From assembly GCA_963815215.1 (NCBI GenBank), contig CAWFFU010000011.1, positions 256,001-320,000 on the forward strand: a stretch of 64,000 nt of DNA, given 5' to 3'. The DNA is from an uncultured Trueperaceae bacterium. GTDB lineage: Bacteria; Deinococcota; Deinococci; Deinococcales; Trueperaceae. Positions 41,611 to 51,132 of the stretch are shown piece after piece. Position 1 is the stretch's first letter. Every line of letters begins with the position of its first letter. The notes below the pieces were generated by a model, which was not told where the DNA came from, did not search any database, and saw only the letters and a program-made list of their open reading frames with translations. The position numbers and the translations under genes were made by a program.

Positions 41611-42972
41611 CTAGCCTTCGTGCCCGGCGAGGGCGCGGGCGAGACGCCGGGCGATCCCCAGGGCCAGCCCCTCCTCGCCCGGCCGAGTCGCCACCATCAG
41701 ACCCACCGACAGCCCGTCGGGTGTATCGCCGGCCGGAACGCTCGCCGCGGGCGAGGCCAGCACGTTGAACACCGTGGTGTTGCGCAGCATCCGGGCGTTC
41801 GCCTCGAAGTAGGCGCCGTCGTCGCTAAGCGCGTCGATGCGCGGCGGGACGATCGCCAGGGTCGGCGCCACGACCGCGTCCACGCCGGCCAGCTCGGGCC
41901 AGAAGCGGCGCCGAAGGGCGGCCCGGGCGTACCCCAGCCGGATGTAGTCGGCCGACGGCCGGCCGCCGACCTTCAGGATGCGCGCCACCACGCGCGGGTC
42001 CATGGCCTCGCCACGTTCCTTCAGGATCGCTTCGTAGAGGGCGAACGCTTCGTGGCTGGCGAAGCTGCCGTAGCGCCGGTATAGCTCCGGGATCTCCGCT
42101 AGCATCGGCAGCGCCTCCTGCCGCACCTCCATGCCGAGCGCCGCCAGCCGCTCCAGCGCGGCCCGGAAGACCCGCTCGACCGCCGGCTCGAGCTCTGCCT
42201 GCAGCACCGTGGTCGGGGCGAGCACCACCAGCTTCTGAGGCGGCTCGAGAAGGTCGTGGTGGGGTTCGGCCGCCATCGCCTGGTACAGCGCCCAGGCATC
42301 GTCGGCATCACGCGCCAGCGGTCCCAGGGTGTCGAGGGTGGTGGAGAGCGGCACCGCTCCTTCGGTGGGGATGCGACCGTCGGTGGTCTTCAGACCCACG
42401 ATGCCGTTCACCGACGCCGGGATGCGCACCGAACCGCCGGTATCCGAGCCCAGCGCCGCCGCCGCCAGGCCCGCCGCCACCGCCACGCCCGAGCCCGACG
42501 AGGACCCGCCGGGCACGCGCTCGGCGTCGCGCGCGCAGGGCGGCGTGCCGAAGTGGGGGTTGATGCCGATGCCGGAGAACGCCAGCTCGGTCATGGTGGT
42601 GCGGCCCAGGAACACCGCCCCGGCGGCGTCGAGGCGCGCCACCACCGGCGCGTCCTCGTCGGCCGGCGGTCGCTCCAGCAACACCTTGGATCCGGCTGCG
42701 CTGACCTCGCCCTCCATGTCGAGCAGGTCCTTGATAGCGATCGGTACGCCCTGCAACGGGCCGGTGTCGACCCCGGCCCGCAGCAACCGGCTGGCCTCCT
42801 GCGCCTGCCGGCGCGCCCGCTCGGCGGTGACGAGCCGGTACACGAGTCCGCCGGCCGGGTGCCGGTCGATCGCAGCCAGGTAGGCTTCCGTGACGTCGAC
42901 GGGATCGAGCTCGCCCGCACGGTAGGCCCGAGCCAATGAAAGGACGGTCAGGGACGTGGGTTCGGCGGCCAT
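41611..42972 (-). CDS. Amidase-signature family enzyme
   Basis: GVPIAIKDL, PGGSSSGS, GSDTGGSVRIPAS. Confidence 0.92.
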   Translation of the reverse strand: MAAEPTSLTVLSLARAYRAGELDPVDVTEAYLAAIDRHPAGGLVYRLVTAERARRQAQEASRLLRAGVDTGPLQGVPIAIKDLLDMEGEVSAAGSKVLLERPPADEDAPVVARLDAAGAVFLGRTTMTELAFSGIGINPHFGTPPCARDAERVPGGSSSGSGVAVAAGLAAAALGSDTGGSVRIPASVNGIVGLKTTDGRIPTEGAVPLSTTLDTLGPLARDADDAWALYQAMAAEPHHDLLEPPQKLVVLAPTTVLQAELEPAVERVFRAALERLAALGMEVRQEALPMLAEIPELYRRYGSFASHEAFALYEAILKERGEAMDPRVVARILKVGGRPSADYIRLGYARAALRRRFWPELAGVDAVVAPTLAIVPPRIDALSDDGAYFEANARMLRNTTVFNVLASPAASVPAGDTPDGLSVGLMVATRPGEEGLALGIARRLARALAGHEG

Positions 42973-43064
42973 GGGCCAGCATACCGTGTCGATCCCCGGC
43001 GCCGGAACGCGCCCGCAGCGCTCCGGGCTCCGCTCCCCCGTCGCGAGGGGCTAGAGTAGGGACC

Positions 43065-43334
43065 ATGCAGCGGACCCGCGCCGAACTCGAGGCCATGAGC
43101 CACGACGATCTCGTCAACCGCGTGCTGGAGCTCCAGGACATGCTGCGTGAGGGCCTGGCCGTGCGGGAGTCGCTCCACTCGGTGCTGAACAGGATCCTCA
43201 ACGCCAAGGAGGACGAGGTCGCACGCTACGCCGACCTGCCGGCCTCCGAGCTCGGCGGTGACCAGGTCGAACTCAAACGCGCCTGGGAGGCCGCCCGGCA
43301 CGCGGTGTCGAACCCCCTGGGACTGACGCGGTAA
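43065..43334 (+). CDS. Small helical hypothetical protein
   Basis: 89-aa ORF with strong GC3 codon bias; TAGAGT 7 nt upstream of ATG 43065. Confidence 0.7.
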   Translation: MQRTRAELEAMSHDDLVNRVLELQDMLREGLAVRESLHSVLNRILNAKEDEVARYADLPASELGGDQVELKRAWEAARHAVSNPLGLTR

Positions 43335-43351
43335 GCGCTCCGGGCGCCAGC

Positions 43352-43909
43352 ATGAAGGCCGTCGTCACGACGCGGCACGGCGGCACCGAGGTCCTGCGCT
43401 ACCGCGACGTCCCCGTCCCGCAGCTCGGGCCGGGAGACGCACGGGTGGAGGTCCGGGCCGCCGGCGTGAACAACACCGACATCAATCTACGGCTCGGCGG
43501 GTACGCCTCGTGCGTGACGGGCTCCACTGGGACCGCGGGCGGCGGCGAGGTGATCGCCGTGACCAGCGCCCGCCGTCGGCGTGGTGGCGGACAACGTCGC
43601 GGGCGAGGGGTTCGCGTCCATGCTGAAGGCGCTGCGGCCCGGCGGCCGGCTGGTCAGCCCGGGCGCGATCACCGGACCGATGGTGGACCTCGACATGCGC
43701 GACCTCTACCTGAAGGACCTCACCCTGCCGGGCAGCACCGCCTGGGGCGAGACCGTCTTCCCCGATCGGATCGGCGCCATCGAACGCGGCGAGATCCGGC
43801 CGGTGGTCGAGCGGACCTATCCGCTGGCGTCGATCGTGGAGGCCCAGGAGACGTTCCTGAGCAAGCGGCACGTCGGCACAAGCTGGTGTTGCTGCCCTGG
43901 CAAGGCTGA
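43352..43909 (+). pseudogene. Degraded MDR (zinc-type alcohol dehydrogenase/quinone oxidoreductase) gene
   Basis: N-terminal MKAVV..HGG.EVL...V.AAGVNNTD in one frame; C-terminal LRPGGRLV..GAITGP.V.LDMRDLYLKDL...TYPL..I.EAQ..F in another (from 43581); final KLVLLP back in the first frame; central NAD(P)-binding part missing. Confidence 0.8.
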
Positions 43910-43992
43910 CGGCGCGGCGGGGTGCGCACAGCGGTGGGCGCGATGCTGGTGCGGGGTGTGTGCCCGCGCTCCTACGCCGTGCTCGGTCGTTC

Positions 43993-44027
43993 AAAACGAG
44001 GGCCCCGTCGTCGACGGGGCCCTCGTT
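43993..44027 (-). terminator. Intrinsic terminator after tRNA-Asn
   Basis: AACGAGGGCCCCGTCG/CGACGGGGCCCTCGTT hairpin with TTTT on the minus strand. Confidence 0.75.
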
Positions 44028-44101
44028 GGCTCGGCGGGTAGGATTCGAACCTACGACCAATCGGTTAACAGCCGACCGCTCTACCACTGAGCTACCGCCG
44101 A
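44027..44101 (-). tRNA. tRNA-Asn(GTT)
   Basis: Reverse complement TCGGCGGTAGCTCAGTGGTAGAGCGGTCGGCTGTTAACCGATTGGTCGTAGGTTCGAATCCTACCCGCCGAGCCA; minus-strand promoter TTGCAC-17-TAGACT at 44172-44144. Confidence 0.97.
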
Positions 44102-44258
44102 CCGCGCGCCCTGGGGCACGAAGCCCCGCCGAAAGCGAAGCGTAGTCTACCAGAGGCCGTAGGCCGGTGCAAGGCGCGCCGGCGCCGTGCCCGGCGTGGC
44201 TCCGAGCGGCCGCCGTGCGCGGCGCTCCACCCGCAGCACCAGCCGGTACGATGGCGCC

Positions 44259-44597
44259 ATGACGCTCGACGAGTACCAGGCCCAGGCCCGCAGCACCGCC
44301 ATCTACCCCGAGGAAGCGCGCGTGCTCTACCCCACCCTCAAGCTCGCCGGCGAGGCGGGCGAGGTCGCCGAGAAGCTCGGCAAACTGATGCGCGACGAGG
44401 GCCTGCTTCCCGGCGACAGCCTCGACGACGCCCAGCGCGACGCGCTCGCCAAGGAGATCGGCGACGTGCTGTGGTACGTGGCCAACCTGGCGGCCGACCT
44501 GGGCCTGTCACTGGAGGCGATCGGCCGCACCAACCTCGACAAGCTCGCCAGCCGCCGCGTCCGCGGCGTGCTGGGCGGCTCGGGAGACGAACGCTGA
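44259..44597 (+). CDS. MazG-like nucleoside triphosphate pyrophosphohydrolase
   Basis: L.LAGEAGEVAEK...KEIGDVLWYVA...NLDKL..R. Confidence 0.9.
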   Translation: MTLDEYQAQARSTAIYPEEARVLYPTLKLAGEAGEVAEKLGKLMRDEGLLPGDSLDDAQRDALAKEIGDVLWYVANLAADLGLSLEAIGRTNLDKLASRRVRGVLGGSGDER

Positions 44598-44635
44598 GCT
44601 CGCACGGCCAGCGGGCGTTCCGGTAGGCTCGGGGC

Positions 44636-45748
44636 ATGCGAATCGCCCCGTTCCGCATCGAGCACTACTACGCCAAGTACGAGTTCAGCGCCGGCTTCAT
44701 GCTGTCGAGCTCGGACGCCGAGAGCCGTAGCGTCGGCGAGTTGCTGGCGCTCGAGGAGGGCGCCCTGGAGCGCTTCTCGGAGCAGCGCCTGGGCTACACC
44801 GAAGCACCGGGCTCGGCGACCCTGCGCCACCAGGTCGCCCGCGTCTACGACACCCTGGATGCCGACGACACCCTGGTGTGCACGAGTGCCGAGGAGGGTA
44901 TCTTCCTCCTCTACCACACGCTTCTGGGCCCGGGCGACCACGCCGTGGTGGAGACGCCCTGTTACGAGTCCGCTCTGCAGCTCGCACGCAGCACCGGGGC
45001 CGAGGTGAGCGTCTGGCGGCGTCACGCCGAGGACGACTGGACGCACGACGTGGACGCTCTGGAAGCGCTGCTGCGGCCGAACACCCGGGTCGTGTACATC
45101 AACACGCCACACAACCCCACCGGCCTGCTCATGCCGCGCGCGGTGTACGACCGGGTGCTGGCGCTGGGCCGTGAACGGGATTTCACGGTCTTCAGCGACG
45201 AGGTCTACCGCGAGCTCGAGCACGACCCGGCCGACCGGCTGCCCGCCGCCTGCGACCTGGAGAGCGGCGCGGTGTCGCTCGGGTCGGTGTCGAAGACCTA
45301 CGGCCTGCCCGGGTTGCGGCTCGGCTGGCTCGCCAGCAAGGACCGGGAGCTGCTGCGGCGCGTGATGGAGCTGAAGTACTACACCACCATCTGCAGCCCC
45401 GCCCCCAGCGAGTTCCTCACCGAGCTGGCGCTCCGTCACCGGGAGACGCTGGCGGAGCGCAACCTGGCCATCGTGCACCGCAACCTGCCACTGCTCGACG
45501 ACTTCCTTGAGCGCCATGCCGACCTCCTCGGCTGGGTGCGCCCCAACGCCAGCCCGATCGGGTTCCTGCGCTACCTTGAGCAGGGTGACGTGCAGGCGTT
45601 CTGCGAGCGCGTGGTGGCCGGCGCGGACGTGCTGCTCCTGCCGGGCACCGTGTACGACGAGCCGGGCCACCTGCGCGTGGGGTACGGACGGGCCAACATG
45701 CCCGAAGCGCTCCAGCGGCTCGAGGCCTTCCTGACCCGCGCCGCCTGA
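44636..45748 (+). CDS. Class I/II PLP aminotransferase
   Basis: NTPHNPTG, FSDEVYR, SVSKTYGLPGLRLGW. Confidence 0.9.
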   Translation: MRIAPFRIEHYYAKYEFSAGFMLSSSDAESRSVGELLALEEGALERFSEQRLGYTEAPGSATLRHQVARVYDTLDADDTLVCTSAEEGIFLLYHTLLGPGDHAVVETPCYESALQLARSTGAEVSVWRRHAEDDWTHDVDALEALLRPNTRVVYINTPHNPTGLLMPRAVYDRVLALGRERDFTVFSDEVYRELEHDPADRLPAACDLESGAVSLGSVSKTYGLPGLRLGWLASKDRELLRRVMELKYYTTICSPAPSEFLTELALRHRETLAERNLAIVHRNLPLLDDFLERHADLLGWVRPNASPIGFLRYLEQGDVQAFCERVVAGADVLLLPGTVYDEPGHLRVGYGRANMPEALQRLEAFLTRAA

Positions 45749-45823
45749 ACCCTTGGACGGTCCTTCATGGGCGATGGGGCAGGGGCCACAGGAGCCCCGG
45801 CCGGCGGCGAGTAGCATCGCAGC

Positions 45824-47920
45824 ATGGGAAACCGTGTCCGCAGGGCCATCGAGAAGGTGTTGCTGGCGACGCTGCTGAGCACCGCCGCCGTCTCGGCGGC
45901 GTTCGCTCAGGACGCTACCGCCGCTCCGAGTTCCGCCGCACCGCCGGCGGATCTTCCGGTCACGAGGGTGGTTCTCTTCACTACCGGGGTAGGGTACTTC
46001 GAGCACAGCGGTACGGTGACCGGCACGCAGCAGCTCGACCTGCCGGTCGCGGCGGGCCAGATGGACGATCTGCTGCAGAGCCTGGTGGTGCAGGACTTCG
46101 ACGGCGGCACCATCCGACCGGTACGCTATGCGTCGCAGGATCCGCTCGGCCGGGTGCTCTCGGGCTACGCCCTCGATCTGTCGAACGACCCCACGCTGGC
46201 GCAACTGCTGGCGCAGGCGCGCGGGGAGGCCGTCCATCTCGAGGCCGGCCAGCCGCTGGACGGGACCATCGTCAACGTAGAGCGCGTGCAGACGCAGGAC
46301 GGCCCGCCCACCACCTACCTCACCCTCCTGACCGCGAACGGCCTGCAGCGCGTCGGCCTCGACGAGGTGCGTAACGTCCACTTCGACAGCGCCTCGCTGC
46401 AGGCGGATCTGGAGGCCGCGCTCGCCGCTATCGCCCGCTACCGCGGCAACGCCGCGAACGCCGTGCACATCCTGTTCTCGGGTGAGGGCGCGCGCCGCGT
46501 GCGCGTCGGCTACGTGCGCGAGATGCCGGTCTGGAAGACCAGCTATCGTCTGGTGCTCGGCGCCGCCGGCACCGCCGACCTGCAGGGCTGGGCCATCGTC
46601 GACAACCCGACCGATATCGATCTGAACGACGTGCAGATGTCCTTCGTGGCGGGTCGCCCGATCTCCTTCGTCACCAGCCTCTACGATCCGATCTACCTCC
46701 AGCGCCCGCACGTGGCGTTCGATCTGGCTCAGAACTTCGTCCCCCAGGCCTACGCCGGGGACAGGGCGCCGGCCGCCAAGAGCGCGGACCGCGCCCTGGC
46801 GCCCAGTCCGGCCGAGAGCGCCGTGACCGGGCTGGCACAGGCGCCGTCCGCCCCGCAGCTCAGCGGCGCCGGGGTGACCGCCATGGCCCAGGGCACGGCC
46901 ACCGGCGCGACGTTCAGCTATGACGTGCAGCAACCGGTGACGGTGGCGCGGCACGAGTCGGCCATGATCCCCATCGTGCTGAAGACGGTGCCGGCGCAGC
47001 GCCTGTCCGTGTTCGACCCGTCCGTGCTGGGCGCGCACCCGTTGCGCGCCGTGCGGCTCGCCAACGACACCGGCCTCCACCTGGCCGCAGGCCCGGTGAC
47101 GGTGTTCGACCGCGGCGGCTTCACCGGCGACAGCCGCATCAGCGACATCGTGCCGGGCGACGATCGGCTGCTCACCTACGCCGTCGACCTGGGCGTCGAC
47201 GTCACGACGCAGGGCTCGAGCGAGCCCGAGCGCGTCACCGCAGTCACCCTCGTCAACGGCGCCGTCACGACCACCGTCAAACAGCGCCTGCGCACCACCT
47301 ACAGCCTCACCTCGCGCGACGGGGCCGCGCGCTTCGTGGTCATCGAGCACCCGAAGCGTCCGGGATACGATCTGGTCTCGCCCGCCGCAGCGCCGGCCGA
47401 GACCCCGCAGAGCTACCGCCTCGGCGTGGCGTTGGCCGCCGCCGACGGCACCGCGCCCGAAGGCGACGCCACCGTCCCGACCGTCACCCACTGCGGCAGG
47501 GCCGGTCCCTGCACCCTCGAGGTCGTCATGGAGCGCACCGTGCGTCGCACGGTGGCGCTGTCCAACCTCTCGAGCGACGTCATCGCCAGCTACCTCGCCA
47601 ACGTCGACCTCAACAGCCAGGACCGCGCGACGCTGCGCCAGATCCTCGACCTGAAGGGCCAGATCGCCGATCTCGACCGCGCCATCGCCCAGCACCGCTC
47701 GCAGATCGACGCGATCTTCCAGGATCAGAGCCGCGTCCGGCAGAACATGGCGGCGCTCGACCGCACCAGCTCCCTGTACAAGCGCTACGCCACGAACCTG
47801 GAGCAGCAGGAGAACCAGTTGCAGACGCTCCGCAGCGAACAGGACGACCTGCAGGCACAACAGAGCGCCCGCCAGGCCCAACTCGACGCCCTGCTGCGGT
47901 CGCTGACGGGCAAATCCTAG
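45824..47920 (+). CDS. Secreted DUF4139-like protein with C-terminal coiled coil
   Basis: Signal peptide; LPVTRVVLF..GVGYFEH, MDDLLQSL, PVWKTSYRL, LQGWAIVDN; heptad-rich C-terminus. Confidence 0.75.
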   Translation: MGNRVRRAIEKVLLATLLSTAAVSAAFAQDATAAPSSAAPPADLPVTRVVLFTTGVGYFEHSGTVTGTQQLDLPVAAGQMDDLLQSLVVQDFDGGTIRPVRYASQDPLGRVLSGYALDLSNDPTLAQLLAQARGEAVHLEAGQPLDGTIVNVERVQTQDGPPTTYLTLLTANGLQRVGLDEVRNVHFDSASLQADLEAALAAIARYRGNAANAVHILFSGEGARRVRVGYVREMPVWKTSYRLVLGAAGTADLQGWAIVDNPTDIDLNDVQMSFVAGRPISFVTSLYDPIYLQRPHVAFDLAQNFVPQAYAGDRAPAAKSADRALAPSPAESAVTGLAQAPSAPQLSGAGVTAMAQGTATGATFSYDVQQPVTVARHESAMIPIVLKTVPAQRLSVFDPSVLGAHPLRAVRLANDTGLHLAAGPVTVFDRGGFTGDSRISDIVPGDDRLLTYAVDLGVDVTTQGSSEPERVTAVTLVNGAVTTTVKQRLRTTYSLTSRDGAARFVVIEHPKRPGYDLVSPAAAPAETPQSYRLGVALAAADGTAPEGDATVPTVTHCGRAGPCTLEVVMERTVRRTVALSNLSSDVIASYLANVDLNSQDRATLRQILDLKGQIADLDRAIAQHRSQIDAIFQDQSRVRQNMAALDRTSSLYKRYATNLEQQENQLQTLRSEQDDLQAQQSARQAQLDALLRSLTGKS

Positions 47921-47950
47921 GCGGGCGACCTCCCCGCCGAGCCTCCCACT

Positions 47951-47994
47951 AGCTGGGGCGGGCCCACGGTCATCGACGTGGGCCCGCCCCAGCT
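47951..47994. terminator. 18-bp perfect hairpin between convergent genes
   Basis: AGCTGGGGCGGGCCCACG / CGTGGGCCCGCCCCAGCT. Confidence 0.65.
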
Positions 47995-48019
47995 CCCTTG
48001 ACGCGGAGTTACCGCCGAG

Positions 48020-50716
48020 CTAGCCGCACTTGGAGTAGCCGCAGCTCTCGCACTTCTGGCAGCCCTCCTCGAACCGCAGCGGCGCCCCGCAGTCGGGGCA
48101 CGCCTTGCCGCGGTTGAGGACGTTCTCGGCACCCGCCGTCTCCAGGGCCACGGCCAGCAGGTCGGCCTTCGAGGCCACCAGGCGCCCGTGGTAGCTGCCG
48201 TACATACCACCGTTGATGCCCCGCAGCGTCTTGATGAGCGCCTCGGCGGGCACGCCGTACTGCAGCGCGATCGACACCACCCGGCCGAGCGCCTCGCTGT
48301 CGGCGTTGGCCTCGTCGCCGGCCTTGCCCGAGACGATGAACACCTCGGTAGGCAGGCCGTCCTGCTTGTTGACGGTCACGAAGAACCCACGCTTCTCGCC
48401 GTTAGGCAGCATCAGCTTGACCGCGTCGGTGAAGCCGGTGAGGCGCAACGGCCGCTCGAACAGCGGCTCGCTCGGCAGGCGGTCGAGGCGCGCCTCGTGC
48501 CGCAGCGATGCGCCGTGGCCGTCGCCGGCGGCGTCGGCCTCGGACGAGCCGACCGGAGCCGCCGAGGAGGCGCTCACGCCGGCTGCGGTGTCGGCGTCCT
48601 TGGTGACCTTCGTGGAGAGCACCTGGAAATCGCGCGAGCCGTCGCGGTACACGGTGACGCCCTTGCAGCCGGTCTCGAAGGCCAGCGCATAGGCCTCGAA
48701 GACGTCCTGTGTCGTGGCGTGCCTGGGAAGGTTGATGGTCTTGCTGATGGAGTTGGCCACCAGGTCACCACCGTCGAACGCCCGTTGGACCACCCCCTGC
48801 ATCCGGACGTGATCGGCCGGCGCGATGTCGTGCGCGCAGATCAGCACGGTCTTGACGGCGTCGGGGATGAAGTCGAGCCCCTGCACGCTACCGTGGTTGG
48901 CCTGCACCGCCTCCACCACCTTGTCCCAGTCCCAGCCGCCGTCCACGGCGAGGTCGGGGGGCGCGGCGTGCTCCTCCATCAACTCCCGGAACAGCGGATG
49001 CACCAGCGCGGCGTAGTCGCTGCCGATCTTGCGGTAGATGAAGGGCGCGAACACCGGCTCCACGCCCGACGACACGCCCATCAACATGCTGGTGGTGCCG
49101 GTGGGCGCGACCGTCAACACCGCGATGTTGCGACGGGGCGTGTCCAACCCGCTCTCGGCGAACATCGGGAAGGGCGCGCGCTCGTCGGCCAGGCCCTCAC
49201 TGGCCGCAGTGGCCGCCTGGCGCAACTCGCTGATCATGGTGTGGACCGCGTCGCGGCCCTCCTCGGTGTCGTAGGCGAAGCCCATACGGATGAGCGCGTC
49301 GGCCAGCCCCATCACCCCGAGGCCCAGGCGGCGCAGCTTCATGCTCATGGTCCGGTTGTCCTCCAGGGCGAACCGGTTCACGTCGAGGACGTTGTCCAGG
49401 AAGCGCACACAGGTGCCCACGTCGGCTCGGAAGGCCTGGCGGTCGAAGCCTTCCATCCCGACCCCGGGCCGACGCACGTAGGCGGCAAGGTTCATCGCCC
49501 CCAGATCGCACGGCTCCCCCGGGTAGAGCGGGATCTCGCCGCACGGGTTGGTGGCCTTGATGTCCCCCATCGTCTCGCGCATGGGGTTGAACTCGTTGAT
49601 GCGATCGACGTAGATCAGTCCCGGCTCGCCGGTCTGCCAGGCGTGCCGCGCGATGGCCTCGAGCACGTCGCCGCCTTCGCGGGCGATGCTCTGGCGCATG
49701 AAGGCGTCGCTGACCAGCACCGAGATGTTGAAGGTGCTGATATCGCCTTCGGCCTGCTCGCGCTCCAGGTCCTTGGCGGTGATGAAGTCGCGCACGTCGG
49801 CGTGGGTGATGGAGATGGTGGCCATGCCGGCGCCGCGCCTCGTGCCTCCCTGGCGGATCACCCGCAGGGTGGGCGCGAAGATGTATCGCAGCGTCGCTAC
49901 CGGGCCCGCGAAGTCGGCGCCACCGAGCGCCGCCCAGATAGCGAAGTTGTCGAACACTTCGACCGCGAAGCTGGACGGGCCGCTGGAGCTCCCGCCCGAT
50001 CCCTGCACCGGCGTTCCCTCCGGGCGAAGCGCGCTGAGGTCGAGCACTACGTCATCGCCTCGGAGAAGCGCGGTGATCATCGCGCCACCCCCCTGCCAGA
50101 TGCCCTCCACCGAGTCGCCCACGGTCTCGAGCTGGGCACCGGAGGGGGCGTCCTGGCGTTCCACGAAGGTGGCGGCGCGATAGCCGCGCGTGACGTACTC
50201 GCCCCGGACCAGATCGAGGAACGTGCCGCTACGGACCTTGTCGTAGTCGTCGTGACCGGGGTCGATCGTGAGGTACAGCCGCCCGCTGCGGCCCGTGAAG
50301 GCGCGCTTGGGGCGGATCGGGTCGAGGTTGAGGCCGTTGCCCCCGCCCACCTTGGTGACCAGCGCCAGCTTGGTGGCGAGCCGCAATACCCAGGGGGTGG
50401 TCGCCGGGCTCTCCGGGCTGCCGTCCTGAACGAAGCAGTTGAGCACGTTGCCGTGGCCGGTGGCCGCGCCGGCGAGCACCCTGCCACCGGGACAGAAACG
50501 CTTGCTCGCCATCAGCTCGTAGAATCGTTCGGCCATGTCCACCCGCACGTCCTCGCGTTCGGGGCTCGCCACCCAGCTCGCGACGCGCGCGAACATGTCC
50601 TCCAGCGTGGCGTCATCGGGCTGGAAGTACTGCCGCTTGGCGATCGCCCGTGCGTGGTCGTCGAAGCCCACGAGGGTGCCTGCTTCGTGAGGTGTACGTG
50701 CACTGCCCACAATCAT
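48020..50716 (-). CDS. nrdJ: Adenosylcobalamin-dependent (class II) ribonucleotide reductase with C-terminal TSCPD/zinc-ribbon region
   Basis: PGGRVLAGAA, LNCFV, QGGTRRGAGM, TNPCGEIPL, RRLGLGVMG, VAPTGTTS, ISKTINLP, GCKGVTVYRDGSR, CPDCG...C..CGYSKCG; no beta-subunit gene nearby. Start 50716 or GTG 50710. Confidence 0.9.
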   Translation of the reverse strand: MIVGSARTPHEAGTLVGFDDHARAIAKRQYFQPDDATLEDMFARVASWVASPEREDVRVDMAERFYELMASKRFCPGGRVLAGAATGHGNVLNCFVQDGSPESPATTPWVLRLATKLALVTKVGGGNGLNLDPIRPKRAFTGRSGRLYLTIDPGHDDYDKVRSGTFLDLVRGEYVTRGYRAATFVERQDAPSGAQLETVGDSVEGIWQGGGAMITALLRGDDVVLDLSALRPEGTPVQGSGGSSSGPSSFAVEVFDNFAIWAALGGADFAGPVATLRYIFAPTLRVIRQGGTRRGAGMATISITHADVRDFITAKDLEREQAEGDISTFNISVLVSDAFMRQSIAREGGDVLEAIARHAWQTGEPGLIYVDRINEFNPMRETMGDIKATNPCGEIPLYPGEPCDLGAMNLAAYVRRPGVGMEGFDRQAFRADVGTCVRFLDNVLDVNRFALEDNRTMSMKLRRLGLGVMGLADALIRMGFAYDTEEGRDAVHTMISELRQAATAASEGLADERAPFPMFAESGLDTPRRNIAVLTVAPTGTTSMLMGVSSGVEPVFAPFIYRKIGSDYAALVHPLFRELMEEHAAPPDLAVDGGWDWDKVVEAVQANHGSVQGLDFIPDAVKTVLICAHDIAPADHVRMQGVVQRAFDGGDLVANSISKTINLPRHATTQDVFEAYALAFETGCKGVTVYRDGSRDFQVLSTKVTKDADTAAGVSASSAAPVGSSEADAAGDGHGASLRHEARLDRLPSEPLFERPLRLTGFTDAVKLMLPNGEKRGFFVTVNKQDGLPTEVFIVSGKAGDEANADSEALGRVVSIALQYGVPAEALIKTLRGINGGMYGSYHGRLVASKADLLAVALETAGAENVLNRGKACPDCGAPLRFEEGCQKCESCGYSKCG

Positions 50717-50800
50717 CCTCCCTGTCTCGAGAGCGTTCGGCGACGCTCGAGAAGGCTGTCTACCCTGATCGGCCGCACCCGGCAGGCGGCGCCGGTCAGT

Positions 50801-50847
50801 TCGCTACATAGTGTCTGTTGATGCTAGCAACATACAACATCTTGTCA
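50801..50847. promoter_or_regulatory. Tandem NrdR boxes overlapping the nrdJ promoter
   Basis: TCGCTACATAGTGTCT (50801-16) and ATACAACATCTTGTCA (50832-47), 31 bp apart, fitting acaCwAtATaTwGtgt; minus-strand TG-c-TAGCAT extended -10 lies between them. Confidence 0.85.
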
Positions 50848-50985
50848 CGGTAAGGGGTTTCACACCGTCTCGAAAGTGCGCCAGCCGACCCGCGGCGGCC
50901 CCTCGTCGCGCCCCATCCTCTCGACCCCCAACCTATCATCGAGGGCGGGTCGCATCAAGGGCCGGCATTCATCATCTGGGTACAC

Positions 50986-51025
50986 GAACGCCCGTGCATA
51001 CCACATCTTGTATGCACGGGCGTTC
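50986..51025. repeat. 16-bp perfect inverted repeat centred on a third NrdR-box-like sequence
   Basis: GAACGCCCGTGCATAC-cacatctt-GTATGCACGGGCGTTC; centre ATACCACATCTTGTAT. Confidence 0.75.
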
Positions 51026-51132
51026 CGTTGGGATTCCCTGCTTCGACCGGCGCCGTTCGGGCGGGCGTCCGCCGGCCGGCCCCACACCGGCGTCACGACC
51101 AGCCTACCCCCACCGGGCGCCTGAGGTCGGCG

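Noticed and set aside
44327..47881. 1184-aa minus-strand ORF, and similar long antisense ORFs (13416-16016, 48188-50821, 19551-21755, 23201-25348)
   Set aside because: Shadow frames opposite well-supported genes, expected at high GC3; no recognisable motifs.
48020..50716. Intein in the RNR, or a cobalamin riboswitch upstream
   Set aside because: No C...HN/C splice junctions or LAGLIDADG motifs; NPCGE and other core motifs are contiguous; no B12-box seen in the leader.
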